Of a DNA stretch of 64,000 nucleotides, positions 1 to 11,033 are shown in pieces. Source of the DNA: Gammaproteobacteria bacterium. GTDB lineage: Bacteria > Pseudomonadota > Gammaproteobacteria > Eutrophobiales > Eutrophobiaceae. The stretch is from contig CAXMWX010000005.1 of assembly GCA_963422205.2 (NCBI GenBank), forward strand, positions 224,001-288,000, written 5' to 3'. Each line of letters opens with the position of its first letter. The stretch's first letter is position 1. The notes beneath the pieces were generated by a model, which did no database searches, was not told where the DNA came from, and saw only the letters and a program-made list of their open reading frames with translations. The translations under genes were made by a program, and so were the position numbers.

Positions 1-1
1 T

Positions 2-187
2 CAGTATCTTAATCTGCAAGGCGAGCCAGTGCATGCAGAGACGGGCGACCTGCTGGCGGTCTGTATACAGCATGAGATCGATCACCTCGATGGCAAGCTG
101 TTCATCGATTATTTATCGCCTCTGAAGAGACAACGCCTACGCAAAAAAATCGAAAAACAGGCACGAACGCAAAACCCCATCTTGTGA
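2..187 (+). CDS. def: peptide deformylase, 3' part (runs off window start)
   Basis: Frame 2 reads ...[29 protein letters not shown]..., with the QHEXDH metal motif; the stop overlaps the fmt start. Confidence 0.95.
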   Translation, partial: QYLNLQGEPVHAETGDLLAVCIQHEIDHLDGKLFIDYLSPLKRQRLRKKIEKQARTQNPIL

Positions 188-1119
188 GCAATGCCCCATT
201 ACGGCTGGCCTTTGCCGGCACACCGGAGATCGCCGCTACCATCCTTGACAGTCTCCTGCAATCTGCCGACCTGACTGTCGAGCGCATCTACACACAGCCG
301 GACAAGCCAGCCGGGCGCGGACGAAAATTACATGCCAGCCCGGTAAAGCGACTGGCCCTGGCACACGGCTTGGCGGTCAAACAGCCGGGCAATGCGGCGG
401 CACTGGCCGCTGATGAATCACTTGCCGAGGATGATGTGATGGTGGTCGTTGCCTACGGCATGATCCTGCCCGCCACGGTATTACACCGGCCCCGTGCCGG
501 TTGCATCAATATCCACCCCTCCTTACTGCCGCGCTGGCGTGGGGCCGCCCCGATCCAGCGCGCCATTCAACATGGGGATCAACAAACCGGAATCAGCATC
601 ATACAAATGGACGAAGGCATTGATACGGGCGCGATCCTGCTGCAATCGTGCTGCCCCATCCGGCCGGATGATACCGCAGCGAGCCTGCATGAGAAGCTGG
701 CCGGGCTGGGCAGCGACTGTCTGCTGGAGGCACTCAGGCGGTTACAGCAAAACCGGCTGAGTGCAAAGGCGCAGGGGGAGACCGGCGCCTGCCATGCGGC
801 CAGGATCAGCAAGGCCGAGGCAGAAATTAACTGGCACGCCACCGCCGCCGAGATCGATCAGCTGATCCGCGCCTTTAACCCCGCACCCGTGGCCTTCACG
901 CAGATAGCGGGCAAAACCCTTCGCGTGTGGCAGGCGGTGGTTTGCGAGACCGGCCCGATAGATGTTGCACCCGGCAGCATCGTTGGGTACACCAGGGCGG
1001 GCCTGGAGATCGCCTGCCGGGACGGCATCGTGCGTATCACCCGGCTGCAATTACCCGGCAAAAAAGCACAAGCCATCGACGACTTCCACAATGGGCAACC
1101 GCAACTTTTCAACCACTGA
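184..1119 (+). CDS. fmt: methionyl-tRNA formyltransferase
   Basis: [16 protein letters not shown] and [21 protein letters not shown] motifs; follows def. Confidence 0.97.
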   Translation: MSNAPLRLAFAGTPEIAATILDSLLQSADLTVERIYTQPDKPAGRGRKLHASPVKRLALAHGLAVKQPGNAAALAADESLAEDDVMVVVAYGMILPATVLHRPRAGCINIHPSLLPRWRGAAPIQRAIQHGDQQTGISIIQMDEGIDTGAILLQSCCPIRPDDTAASLHEKLAGLGSDCLLEALRRLQQNRLSAKAQGETGACHAARISKAEAEINWHATAAEIDQLIRAFNPAPVAFTQIAGKTLRVWQAVVCETGPIDVAPGSIVGYTRAGLEIACRDGIVRITRLQLPGKKAQAIDDFHNGQPQLFNH

Positions 1120-2473
1120 GCCTGGCATCAACACACCGCCATACAAAACCGCCACGAACACCCGCACCATCATGGCCCGGGTACTCACAGCGGTACTCCA
1201 GCAAGGCAGGCGGCTGGATGAGGCCCTTCGGTATGCGTTGGTACAGCATCCGACATCAGGCGATCACCGCTTGATCCGGGAAGTCTGTTATGGCGTCATC
1301 AGACATTACCCGGCGTTATATCACACGGCCGGGCAGTTGCTGGATAAACCCCTCAGAGCCAGGGATATGGATATCACCGCGCTCATTTTATGCGGGCTAT
1401 ACCAGCTACACTACTTAAACACTGCCGAACATGCGGCCATTGCCGAGACGGTTGCTGCCGTTGCCGGTTTGAAGAAAGCCTGGGCCAAGTCGCTGGTCAA
1501 TGCCGTGCTGAGACGCTCACAGCGGGAGTGGGACCCCCGCCGCCTCGCCATGCACCCGGACACCCGCCTCAGGTATTTACACCCCGACTGGCTCATCCGG
1601 CGGCTGCAACAGGACTGGCCGCACCACTGGCAGGCCATCCTGCATGCCAACAACAGCCGCCCGCCGCTACACCTGCGCGTTGATGTGACAAAAATCCGCC
1701 GGGAAGATTATCTGCATACATTGAAAAAAGAGGCGATCCCGGCCGAGGCCATGCCGGAGGCCAATACGGCGATTCGGGTAGTCAAGCCAGTGGCGGTAGA
1801 AAGGCTGCCGGGGTTTGATAGCGGCCTGTGTACGGTCCAGGATGCCGGCGCCCAGCTTGCCGCCCTGCTCTTGCAACCCCGGGCGGGGGAGCGGCTGCTG
1901 GATGGGTGTGCCGCCCCCGGCGGCAAGACCAGCCATTTATATCAGCATTGCCCGGGCCTGGCCGGGCTGCTGGCGCTGGATGTCAGCCCGAAGCGATGTC
2001 AATTATTGCAGGCAACCATGCAGCGCACGGGCACCCGTGCCACTGTCATCTGTGCCGATATCTGTGCACCGGACGACTGGTGGGACGGGCGGGCGTTTGA
2101 TCGTATCCTGCTGGATGTGCCTTGCAGTGCCAGCGGCATCATCCGGCGTCATCCTGATATTAAGCTGCTGCACACCGAAGAGCAACTGGCCGGTCTTTAT
2201 CAGAAACAACTCGCCATCCTGCAAAGTGCCTGGTCAGTGCTTAAACCCGGCGGCACATTATTGTATTGTACCTGCTCGGTTTTTGCCTGCGAGAACGATG
2301 CCGTCATCGCCGATTTTTCACGCCCCCGAACAGACACAGACATTATGACGATCACACCCGCCATGGCCCCGGTAATGGCAACCGCCCGGGCAACGGCATA
2401 CGGCAGACAGCTCTTGCCGGGCCAGCATGATACGGATGGTTTTTATTATTCTCTGCTGCGTAAAAATACATGA
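1091..2473 (+). CDS. rsmB: 16S rRNA m5C967 methyltransferase RsmB (start uncertain)
   Basis: NusB-like N-terminus; VQDAGAQ, DGCAAPGGKT, DVPCSASG and YCTCS motifs; def-fmt-rsmB synteny. Confidence 0.95.
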   Translation: MGNRNFSTTEPGINTPPYKTATNTRTIMARVLTAVLQQGRRLDEALRYALVQHPTSGDHRLIREVCYGVIRHYPALYHTAGQLLDKPLRARDMDITALILCGLYQLHYLNTAEHAAIAETVAAVAGLKKAWAKSLVNAVLRRSQREWDPRRLAMHPDTRLRYLHPDWLIRRLQQDWPHHWQAILHANNSRPPLHLRVDVTKIRREDYLHTLKKEAIPAEAMPEANTAIRVVKPVAVERLPGFDSGLCTVQDAGAQLAALLLQPRAGERLLDGCAAPGGKTSHLYQHCPGLAGLLALDVSPKRCQLLQATMQRTGTRATVICADICAPDDWWDGRAFDRILLDVPCSASGIIRRHPDIKLLHTEEQLAGLYQKQLAILQSAWSVLKPGGTLLYCTCSVFACENDAVIADFSRPRTDTDIMTITPAMAPVMATARATAYGRQLLPGQHDTDGFYYSLLRKNT

Positions 2474-3024
2474 ACGCCGTCAAGCACATGGCCCTGCTGC
2501 TGCTCATCCTGCTCATGGCCCCAGCTTCTGCCGAGGATATTCAGGTGGCGTATGCCCATGCCAGCCGGGTCGCCGATGCCTGGTACTTAGATGCCAGGAT
2601 TGATTTTGCATTTCATGATGATGTGACGGCCGCATTGAACGCTGGCGTTGATCTGAGCATTGATATTCAGATCCTGATAAAAGAGCAGCGCACCTGGTTA
2701 TGGGACAAGGTGATCAAGGAAAGCCTGATTAAATTCAAGCTGGTGCATCAGCCATTAGCGAACCTGTATATCGTCACGCATGTATCGAACCATCAGCGGG
2801 TGCAGTTTGACGATTTGCAGCTGGCGCTGCGTTATCTGGGCACGATCAACCACCATCGGCTGCTCAATGCCGCCATGATTGATCCGGCGAAGGACTACAT
2901 CAGCCACATCAGCGTACGCCTGAACATGGAAGACTTACCGCCCGCATTAAAACCGGTGGCCTATCTGTCCAACCGCTGGCGGCTTAACAGCCAGGACTAC
3001 ATCTGGCATTTTCAGTCGCCATGA
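2470..3024 (+). CDS. DUF4390-like exported protein
   Basis: Signal peptide, LPPALKP...W C-terminus, conserved position between rsmB and ntrY. Confidence 0.8.
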   Translation: MNAVKHMALLLLILLMAPASAEDIQVAYAHASRVADAWYLDARIDFAFHDDVTAALNAGVDLSIDIQILIKEQRTWLWDKVIKESLIKFKLVHQPLANLYIVTHVSNHQRVQFDDLQLALRYLGTINHHRLLNAAMIDPAKDYISHISVRLNMEDLPPALKPVAYLSNRWRLNSQDYIWHFQSP

Positions 3025-5207
3025 ACCACAGCGGCAAACACATATTATTCATCGGCATCCTGCTGTTCTGCTTTATGCTGTTCTCGCTGCTGCTGATGAG
3101 CGATTCGCTGCAAAACTCCGAGCGCTTTGGTGACTATTATTCCGGCCTGCTGCTGTTTAATGCTGTCGGTCTGTTCAGTCTTGTCATACTCATTGCGCTG
3201 AATATTCGCTCCTTGTTAAGGCAATTAAAACAGCGCATCGCCGGTGCCAGGATGACTGTACGCATGGTCAGCATGTTCGTCCTGTTGTCCGTCACGCCGG
3301 TCTTGATTCTGTATTATTTCTCCCTGGATTTTCTCCATCGGGGGATAGATAGCTGGTTTGATCTCAGGGTAGAGCAGGCACTGCAAGACTCGCTGGAATT
3401 AAGCCGACTGGCACTGGATACACGCATGAAAGAGCTGCTAAGGCAAACAGAGAAAACCGCCGAAGAGCTCGCCGATATCAGTAACAGCGCCATGGCGTTT
3501 GAGATTGATGGCTACCGCATCCGTAGCGGGGCGGAGGAGTTTACGCTGATGACCAGGCAGGGCAGCATCATCGCCGCCAGCACCAGTGATGCCACCAGCC
3601 TGGTGCCTGAATCGCCCGATGAGACAGTCTTGTTCCAGCTACAACAGGGCAGCAGCTATATCGGTGTGGATCTCATCCAAAATACCAATCTTTCGATCCG
3701 GGTGGTGGTAAATATCCCGGCGAATGATTTTAACCGTGCCGAGCGCATTGTGCAGGTCATCTTCCCGGTGACCGAGCGGGTCAATGAGCTGACCAACAGC
3801 GTGCAGACGGCATTTATTGACTACCAGGAGCTGTCCTATCTGCGTGAGCAGCTAAAAATCAGCTTCATCGTGGTGCTGACCCTTGTCTTGTTATTCAGTA
3901 TCTTCTCGGCGGTCTGGGCAGCGTTTTACTCGGCTCAACGACTGGCCGAGCCAATCCGAGACCTGGCCGAAGGCACCCAGTCTGTGGCCGAAGGCGATTA
4001 CAAAAAACGCCTGCCGGTACACAGCAACGATGAGCTGGGTGTGCTGGTGGCCTCGTTCAATACCATGACCTCGGCTATCGGTGCTGCCCGTGATGCCGCA
4101 AAAGCCAGCCATGAGCAGGCCGAGGCACAGCACAAATATCTGGAGGCGATATTAAGCCGCTTGTCATCCGGTGTCTGGGTGCTGGATGATGCAAAAAACA
4201 TCCGCACGGCAAACATCCGCAGCGGCCGGATCTTAGGCATCGCCATCGATGAGATTATCGGGCATTCACTGGCCGAGGTTGGTACACACCATCCTTACCT
4301 GAAGTCATTATTACAGACATTCTCCGGGCGCATCGATCAAGGCATATCCGACTGGCGTGAACAGAGCACGTTGATCGGCAGCTGTGGCCGGCAGATATTA
4401 ATCTCTACCGGTACGTCACTCACCGTCACCAAAGAGCAGGCGGCGGTCTATGTGATTGTGTTTGATGATGTGACCGCCTTGGTGCAGAGCCAGCGTGATG
4501 CCGCCTGGACTGAGATGGCGAGGCGGCTGGCACATGAGATTAAAAATCCGCTGACCCCGATCAAATTATCTGCCGATCGATTGCGAGACAAATACCTGAC
4601 CACCTTACCCGCCGATCAGGCCAGGATGCTGGACCGGCTGACCACCACCATCATCAATCAAGTCGATACCATGAGGGAGATGGTCGACAGCTTTTCTGAG
4701 TATGCACACACCCCCACCAGGCGCCCGCAACCACTGGATATCAACAGCCTGATCAGAGAGATACTGGATTTGTACAGAAATCTTGATCCCGAAGCGCACA
4801 TTGAACTTGCACTGACAGATGAACTCCCGGCAATCAAGGCAGATGCCGGCCGGCTGCGGCAGGTGTTTAACAATCTTATCCGCAATGCCTTTGATGCCAG
4901 TGCGATCAGGGCGCAAAAGCAACTGGCAATCGCAACAGACAACAAACAGGTGGCGGGGGTAGACTCTATTGAAATCCGCATCAAGGATGCCGGCTGTGGT
5001 TTGGATGAGGCCATCATAGGCAGCCTGTTTGATCCCTATGTGACGACCAAGTCGGATGGGACCGGGCTGGGCTTGCCGATAGTAAAGAAGATCATCGAGG
5101 AACACGGGGGGGCTGTGTGGTTAGAAAATAATACCGATGGCAAGGGTGCCTGTGCAATAATACGGCTGCCGGTGCTGGCAGATGTTGCGATGGCACGCCT
5201 GGCCTGA
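3021..5207 (+). CDS. ntrY: NtrY-like sensor histidine kinase (HAMP, PAS, HisKA, HATPase)
   Basis: TM segments; AW.EMARRLAHEIKNPLTPI H-box; N box; GTGLGL G2 box. Confidence 0.9.
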   Translation: MNHSGKHILFIGILLFCFMLFSLLLMSDSLQNSERFGDYYSGLLLFNAVGLFSLVILIALNIRSLLRQLKQRIAGARMTVRMVSMFVLLSVTPVLILYYFSLDFLHRGIDSWFDLRVEQALQDSLELSRLALDTRMKELLRQTEKTAEELADISNSAMAFEIDGYRIRSGAEEFTLMTRQGSIIAASTSDATSLVPESPDETVLFQLQQGSSYIGVDLIQNTNLSIRVVVNIPANDFNRAERIVQVIFPVTERVNELTNSVQTAFIDYQELSYLREQLKISFIVVLTLVLLFSIFSAVWAAFYSAQRLAEPIRDLAEGTQSVAEGDYKKRLPVHSNDELGVLVASFNTMTSAIGAARDAAKASHEQAEAQHKYLEAILSRLSSGVWVLDDAKNIRTANIRSGRILGIAIDEIIGHSLAEVGTHHPYLKSLLQTFSGRIDQGISDWREQSTLIGSCGRQILISTGTSLTVTKEQAAVYVIVFDDVTALVQSQRDAAWTEMARRLAHEIKNPLTPIKLSADRLRDKYLTTLPADQARMLDRLTTTIINQVDTMREMVDSFSEYAHTPTRRPQPLDINSLIREILDLYRNLDPEAHIELALTDELPAIKADAGRLRQVFNNLIRNAFDASAIRAQKQLAIATDNKQVAGVDSIEIRIKDAGCGLDEAIIGSLFDPYVTTKSDGTGLGLPIVKKIIEEHGGAVWLENNTDGKGACAIIRLPVLADVAMARLA

Positions 5208-5229
5208 TCGCAAGCAGGTAAGTTAAATA

Positions 5230-6543
5230 ATGGCCGATAAAATTTTAGTCGTTGACGATGAGAGCGAAATCCGCCAGCTTATCGAGGAGATTCTTGTGGA
5301 TGAAGGCTATGAGGTGGCGACCGCCGAAAATGGCACAGAGGCCCGCCGCCAGTTGGAAAAAACACGCCCGGATCTGATCCTGCTGGACATCTGGATGCCG
5401 GATATTGATGGTATCTCCGTGCTCAAGGAATGGCAGGGAAAAGACCGGATGACCGCCCCGGTGATCATGATGTCCGGCCACGGCAATGTTGAGACCGCGG
5501 TCGAAGCCACCCGGCTGGGGGCGTATGATTATCTGGAAAAACCCTTATCGCTGGCCAAGTTGCTGCTTACCATCAAAAACGCCCTGAATGCCCACCGGCT
5601 GAAAACTGAAAACCAGCGACTGAAACATACCCGCACGCCAACACCGGAGATCATCGGCAAAAGCGAAAAGATCACGCATTTAAGAGAACAGATCAGCCGC
5701 ATCATCGATCTTAACACCCCGGTATTATTGCTGGGAGGGTCCGGCACGGACAAAGAATCCATCGCCAGATACATACACATCAACAGCAAGCGCAGCACAG
5801 CGCCCTTTATTGCCGTCAATGCCGCCACGCTTGCCAGTGAAGCTGACATGGCAGCAGTCTTTGCTGAGGCGGGCGGTGGTGTGGTCTTTGTTAAAGATAT
5901 CGCAGATCTTGACCTGCAAATGCAGACCGCACTGCACCGCATCCTCGATCAACAGCGCCCGCCGGCGGTTCGGGCCGATAGCCCGCAGCAACCCGATGCC
6001 AGGCTGATTGCGGCCAGCCGGAAAGACCTGAAGCTGGCGGCAGATGAGGGCAGTTTCAAAGATGCCCTGTTGTTTCAGTTAAATATTGTGCCGTTGAAAA
6101 TCCCCATGCTGCGTGAGCATTATGAGGATGTGCCGGAGTTGCTGGAATACTATGCCAATTTTTTCGCCCAGAGCGATGGCCTGCCCTACCGGCATTTCTC
6201 CACCGCCGCCCAAAACCGGCTGCGCCATTATGGCTGGCCGGGCAATATCCGGGAGTTACGCAATCTGGTGCAGCGGCTGATGATCCTGGGCAATGCCGAG
6301 ACCATCGAGTTGGACGAGGTTGATGTCGTGCTGGGAGAGCAACCTGCACGCCGCAACGCTGATGATCTCAGTAATTTTGATCTGCCCCTGCGGGAAGCCA
6401 GAGAGAATTTTGAAAAAGCCTACCTTAAATATCAACTCAAACAATCCAATGGCAGCGTCAGCAAAATTGCCAGGACCGTCGGCATGGAACGCACCCATCT
6501 GTACAGAAAACTGAAATCCCTCGGCATCGACATCAAAAGCTGA
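5230..6543 (+). CDS. ntrX: NtrX-like response regulator (REC, degenerate AAA+, Fis HTH)
   Basis: ILVVDDE, LLDIWMP, WPGNIRELRN, GMERTHLYRKL; follows ntrY. Confidence 0.88.
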   Translation: MADKILVVDDESEIRQLIEEILVDEGYEVATAENGTEARRQLEKTRPDLILLDIWMPDIDGISVLKEWQGKDRMTAPVIMMSGHGNVETAVEATRLGAYDYLEKPLSLAKLLLTIKNALNAHRLKTENQRLKHTRTPTPEIIGKSEKITHLREQISRIIDLNTPVLLLGGSGTDKESIARYIHINSKRSTAPFIAVNAATLASEADMAAVFAEAGGGVVFVKDIADLDLQMQTALHRILDQQRPPAVRADSPQQPDARLIAASRKDLKLAADEGSFKDALLFQLNIVPLKIPMLREHYEDVPELLEYYANFFAQSDGLPYRHFSTAAQNRLRHYGWPGNIRELRNLVQRLMILGNAETIELDEVDVVLGEQPARRNADDLSNFDLPLREARENFEKAYLKYQLKQSNGSVSKIARTVGMERTHLYRKLKSLGIDIKS

Positions 6544-6620
6544 TGCTGGCCTCTTTAACTGGCAACAGGCAAACGATGAGAACTGCCCCCGCCCCAGTCC
6601 GGCAGAGAAATTAAAAACTC

Positions 6621-7994
6621 ATGAAAATTATCATCCTGGGCGCCGGTCAGGTGGGCGCCTCTGTCGCGGCCAACCTGTGTGGTGAAGCCAACGATATCAC
6701 GGTGATCGATCGCAACCCGGACGTATTGAGCACCCTGCAGGAAAAGTACGATCTAAAAGCCATCACCGGCCAGGCATCACACCCCTCCATACTGACACAC
6801 GCCGGTGCCAACGATGCCGATATGATCATTGCGGTCACCAACAGTGATGAGACCAATATGATCGCCTGCCAAGTGGCTTATACCTTGTTTCACACACCGA
6901 CCAAAATTGCCCGGATCAGAAATGTCGAATACCTGCGAAATAACGCATTGTTTACCCAGGACGCCCTGCCGATTGATGTCCTCATCAGCCCGGAACAACT
7001 GGTCACGGACTACGTTGCCAGACTGATCAGTTTTCCCGGTGCCTTGCAGGTGCTGGACTTTGCCGATGGCAAGGCGCAGATGGTGGCCGTGCGGGTCAGT
7101 GCCGAGAGCATTCTGCTGAATAAAAAAATAGCCGCGCTCTGTCATTATCTGCCGGTTAATGATTTTCGCATCGTCTCTATCTTCCGTCACGGGCAGGCGA
7201 TTATCCCGGATGGCGACAGCCATATTCAGATGGATGATGAGGTCTTTATTATTGGCGCACCGAAGCATATCAAAAGCCTGCTAAAGCCAATCCGGCCATT
7301 GGATAAACCGGTAAAACGCGTGATGCTCGCCAGCGGCGGCAACATCGGCATGCGTCTGGCACGTGCGCTGGAGGCAAAATACCGGGTCAAGGTGATTGAA
7401 CTCTCGCCCACCCAGGCCAATAAAGCCGCCGAGGATTTAAAACACACCATCGTGCTGCACGGCGATGCCGCTGATGAGGAGTTGCTCATGGAAGAGAACA
7501 TTGACCAGACCGATGTTTTTTGTGCGCTCACCAATGCCGATACTGCCAATATCATTTCCTGTATGCTGGCAAAACGCTTAGGGGCGGCCAAGGTGCTGGC
7601 GCTGATTAACCGTGCCTCTTATGTCGATTTGGTGCAAAGCAATGTCATCGATATCGCCATATCCCCGCAACAGGCCACCATCGGCAGCCTGCTGGCCCAT
7701 ATCAGAAAAGGGGATGTGGTCGTTGTGCATTCACTGCGGCGGGGTGCCGCCGAGGCGATAGAGGCGATCGCCCACGGTGATCGCAAATCATCCAAAGTGG
7801 TTGGCCGCAGCATTGAAGAAATCGCCTTGCCGCCCAAGACCAGCATCGGGGCGATCGTCCGGGGGGATGATGTGATTATCGCCCATCATGACACGGTGAT
7901 TGCGCCCGAAGACCATGTCATCCTGCTGGTTGCCGATAAAAAACAGGTGCCCGAGGTAGAAGCCCTGTTCCAGGTTGGCGTCACCTTCCTGTAG
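6621..7994 (+). CDS. trkA: Trk potassium uptake NAD-binding subunit
   Basis: MKIIILGAGQVG, two RCK domains, HSLRRGAAEAIE. Confidence 0.97.
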   Translation: MKIIILGAGQVGASVAANLCGEANDITVIDRNPDVLSTLQEKYDLKAITGQASHPSILTHAGANDADMIIAVTNSDETNMIACQVAYTLFHTPTKIARIRNVEYLRNNALFTQDALPIDVLISPEQLVTDYVARLISFPGALQVLDFADGKAQMVAVRVSAESILLNKKIAALCHYLPVNDFRIVSIFRHGQAIIPDGDSHIQMDDEVFIIGAPKHIKSLLKPIRPLDKPVKRVMLASGGNIGMRLARALEAKYRVKVIELSPTQANKAAEDLKHTIVLHGDAADEELLMEENIDQTDVFCALTNADTANIISCMLAKRLGAAKVLALINRASYVDLVQSNVIDIAISPQQATIGSLLAHIRKGDVVVVHSLRRGAAEAIEAIAHGDRKSSKVVGRSIEEIALPPKTSIGAIVRGDDVIIAHHDTVIAPEDHVILLVADKKQVPEVEALFQVGVTFL

Positions 7995-7998
7995 CCAG

Positions 7999-9450
7999 AT
8001 GCAGTTCGCCGTGATACAAAAAATTCTTGGCCTGTTGCTGGCACTGTTCAGCATCACCATGTTGCCACCGCTGCTGATCAGCCTGATCAGTCAGGACGGG
8101 GTCAGCCGGGTCTTCCTGTCTGCCTTCGGTATCATCCTTGCCATCGGCCTGCTGTTGTGGCTGCCCGTCAGGCAGGCTAATAAGGAATTACGCCTGCGCG
8201 ATGGGTTTATTGTGGTGGTGCTGTTCTGGGCTGGCCTCGGCTTAATTGGTGCCACCCCGTTTGTGCTGTTGCCGGAGCCTAAGATCAGCCTCACCGATGC
8301 GGTGTTTGAGTCCTTATCCGGGCTGACAACCACCGGTGCCACCGTGCTGACCGGCATCGATGCCCTGCCACGTTCGATTTTATTTTATCGCCAGCAACTG
8401 CAATGGCTGGGCGGGATGGGGATTATCGTGCTGGCGGTGGCCATCTTGCCCATGCTGGGTATCGGTGGTATGCAGTTATATCGGGCCGAATCCCCGGGGC
8501 CGGTAAAAGACACCAAGCTGACGCCACGTATTACCGAAACCGCCAAGGCGCTGTGGTATATCTACCTGTGCCTGACGATAGCGTGCGGCGGGCTGTATTT
8601 TCTGGCCGGCATGAGCTGGTTTGATGCCATTGGTCACAGCTTCTCCACCGTCTCCATCGGCGGCTTCTCCACCCATGATGCCAGCATCGGGTATTATGAA
8701 AGCCGGCTGATTGATTATATTGCCGTGCTGTTCATGATGCTCTCCGGCATCAACTTTACCCTGCACTTTGTCGCCTGGCGCCGCCGCTCAATCCGCGGCT
8801 ATCTGCGCGATTCTGAACTAAAAATGTTCTTCTCCGTGCTGCTGATCATCTGCATGATTACCTGCCTGTATCTGCTCTATGCCAACACCTACGACAGCCC
8901 GGTTGATGCCATTACCCACGGCATCTTCCAGACCATCTCCATCACCACCACCACCGGCTTCACCACCACAACGTATCAGGACTGGCCAACCTTCCTGCCC
9001 GTGCTGCTGATCTTTGCCAGTTTTATGGGCGCCTGTGCCGGTTCAACCGGCGGCGGCCTGAAAGTCATTCGCATCCTGCTGCTGTGTAAACAGGGCGGGC
9101 GTGAGATCAAAAAACTGGTACACCCGAATGCGGTTATGCACATCAAGATCAGCGGTAAACCGGTCAACGAGACTGTGATCAATGCGGTCTGGGGATTCTT
9201 TGCCGCCTATGTCGGCATCTTCATCCTGCTGCTGCTGTTAATGATGGCCACCGGCATGGATCAGGTCACGTCATTTTCAGCCGTGGCCGCCTGCCTGAAT
9301 AACCTTGGCCCCGGCCTCGGCGATGTCAGCACACACTACGGCGGCATAGATGCACTGGCCAAATGGTTACTCTGCTTCGCCATGTTATTGGGTCGGCTGG
9401 AAATCTTCACCTTGCTGGTATTACTCACCCCAACATTCTGGCGCAAATAA
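7999..9450 (+). CDS. trkH: Trk potassium uptake membrane subunit
   Basis: FESLSGLTTTGA, QWLGGMG, GSTGGGLK, GRLEIF; ATG at 7999. Confidence 0.97.
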   Translation: MQFAVIQKILGLLLALFSITMLPPLLISLISQDGVSRVFLSAFGIILAIGLLLWLPVRQANKELRLRDGFIVVVLFWAGLGLIGATPFVLLPEPKISLTDAVFESLSGLTTTGATVLTGIDALPRSILFYRQQLQWLGGMGIIVLAVAILPMLGIGGMQLYRAESPGPVKDTKLTPRITETAKALWYIYLCLTIACGGLYFLAGMSWFDAIGHSFSTVSIGGFSTHDASIGYYESRLIDYIAVLFMMLSGINFTLHFVAWRRRSIRGYLRDSELKMFFSVLLIICMITCLYLLYANTYDSPVDAITHGIFQTISITTTTGFTTTTYQDWPTFLPVLLIFASFMGACAGSTGGGLKVIRILLLCKQGGREIKKLVHPNAVMHIKISGKPVNETVINAVWGFFAAYVGIFILLLLLMMATGMDQVTSFSAVAACLNNLGPGLGDVSTHYGGIDALAKWLLCFAMLLGRLEIFTLLVLLTPTFWRK

Positions 9451-10031
9451 TGGCGGCTGCCGAGCGCGAAAAATGGAATGCCATCTATGCAGACAAGGCC
9501 GCGGCTGATGTTAAGGCGGCCTGGGTATTGCAGCAGCATCGCTGGTTATTGCCGGCGGGCGGGCGGGCGCTGGACCTTGCCTGTGGTCGTGGTGGTAATG
9601 CCTTGCTGATGGCCGCACAGGGCCTGGAAACCGAGGCGTGGGATATCTCTGATACAGCCATTAGGCAGTTACAACAACGGGCGGCGCACAGCGGACTGAG
9701 ATTAACGGCAGAGCAACGGGATGTCACCGCCCGGCCGCCAGCTGGCAACAGTTTTGATGTGATCGTCATCTCACGTTTTCTTGAACGTCAACTGCTGCCG
9801 GTGCTGCCTGCTGCCCTGCGACCATCCGGCCTGTTGTTCTACCAGAGCTTTGTTAAGGAAAAAACCCGGCAAGTCGGCCCCAGCAACCCAGACTACCTGC
9901 TGGGGCCGAATGAGTTGTTACGGGCGTTTGCCGATCTGCACCTTATTTACTACCTGGAAGCCGGCACGACCGGCAACCCCGCCGAGGGCCAGCGCAATGA
10001 AGCCATGCTGATCGCACAAAGGCGAGACTGA
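9450..10031 (+). CDS. class I SAM-dependent methyltransferase (TehB-like)
   Basis: ALDLACGRGGNA SAM motif; ATG overlaps the trkH stop. Confidence 0.85.
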   Translation: MAAAEREKWNAIYADKAAADVKAAWVLQQHRWLLPAGGRALDLACGRGGNALLMAAQGLETEAWDISDTAIRQLQQRAAHSGLRLTAEQRDVTARPPAGNSFDVIVISRFLERQLLPVLPAALRPSGLLFYQSFVKEKTRQVGPSNPDYLLGPNELLRAFADLHLIYYLEAGTTGNPAEGQRNEAMLIAQRRD

Positions 10032-10067
10032 ACCTGCGCCCCGCCTGGCAGCCGGGTAGCCCATGGC

Positions 10068-11033
10068 TCACTGCCCGGACAGGGCGGCATCATCATGGCA
10101 TGCCAGCGTGCCGATCAACTCACGCACGTTCGCCATGCCGTGTTGCTGTAGATAATCAACGATGCCCTGGTTGATGGTCTTGCAGATCAGCGGCTCATAG
10201 AACAGCGCAGTACCGAGCCCGATCCCGGTGGCACCGGCGATCAGAAACTCAAGGGCATCCGCAGTCGAAGTGATCCCGCCCTGGCCTATGATGGGGATGT
10301 TATGCTGCTGGCAGACCTGGTAGACCTGATGCACCATCAGCAGGGCAATCGGCCTGATGGCCGGGCCGGACAGGCCGCCCTGATTATTGCCGATGACCGG
10401 CTGGCGGCGGTGTATGTCAATCGTCATGCCCATCACCGTGTTGATCACGGAAAATGCATCGCTGCCGGCCTCAATACATTGCCGGGCGCTCTCGGCGATA
10501 TCGGTCTGGTTGGGGGATAACTTGGTGATCAGCGGCTTGCTCGTGGCCTGTCTGCACACCTCAACCACCCGGGCCGACAGTGCCGGATAATTGCCGAACA
10601 TCACCCCGCCCTGCTTCACATTCGGGCAGGAAATATTGATTTCAATCGCATCAATAGGGGAGTCATCAAAAATACGGGCCACCTGCTCATACTCTTCCAG
10701 GGTAGCACCGCAGATATTGGCAATAAAACGCGTCTCGGCAAAATCCAGTACGGGCAGACAGTCCGCCACCACGCGACGTGCGCCGGGGTTTTGCAGGCCA
10801 ATCGCATTCAACATTCCCATGGGGGTTTCGGCAAGGCGATGCGGGTTATTGCCCAGCCGGGGTTCCAGGGTTGTGCCTTTCAGGCAAATCGCACCGGCCT
10901 CCCGGTTGGAAAAACCCTGCACCCGGGTATATTCTTCGCCAAAACCGACACAGCCGGAGAGCAACACCAGCGGCGAATTAAATGCCAGGCCACAAAAATC
11001 CAGGGCGAGTTTACTGTCAGGTGCTGTTGTCAT
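10068..11033 (-). CDS. pyrD: dihydroorotate dehydrogenase, class 1
   Basis: MLNAIGLQNPG, EINISCPNV (Cys nucleophile), KLSPN, GGLSG. Confidence 0.92.
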   Translation of the reverse strand: MTTAPDSKLALDFCGLAFNSPLVLLSGCVGFGEEYTRVQGFSNREAGAICLKGTTLEPRLGNNPHRLAETPMGMLNAIGLQNPGARRVVADCLPVLDFAETRFIANICGATLEEYEQVARIFDDSPIDAIEINISCPNVKQGGVMFGNYPALSARVVEVCRQATSKPLITKLSPNQTDIAESARQCIEAGSDAFSVINTVMGMTIDIHRRQPVIGNNQGGLSGPAIRPIALLMVHQVYQVCQQHNIPIIGQGGITSTADALEFLIAGATGIGLGTALFYEPLICKTINQGIVDYLQQHGMANVRELIGTLACHDDAALSGQ

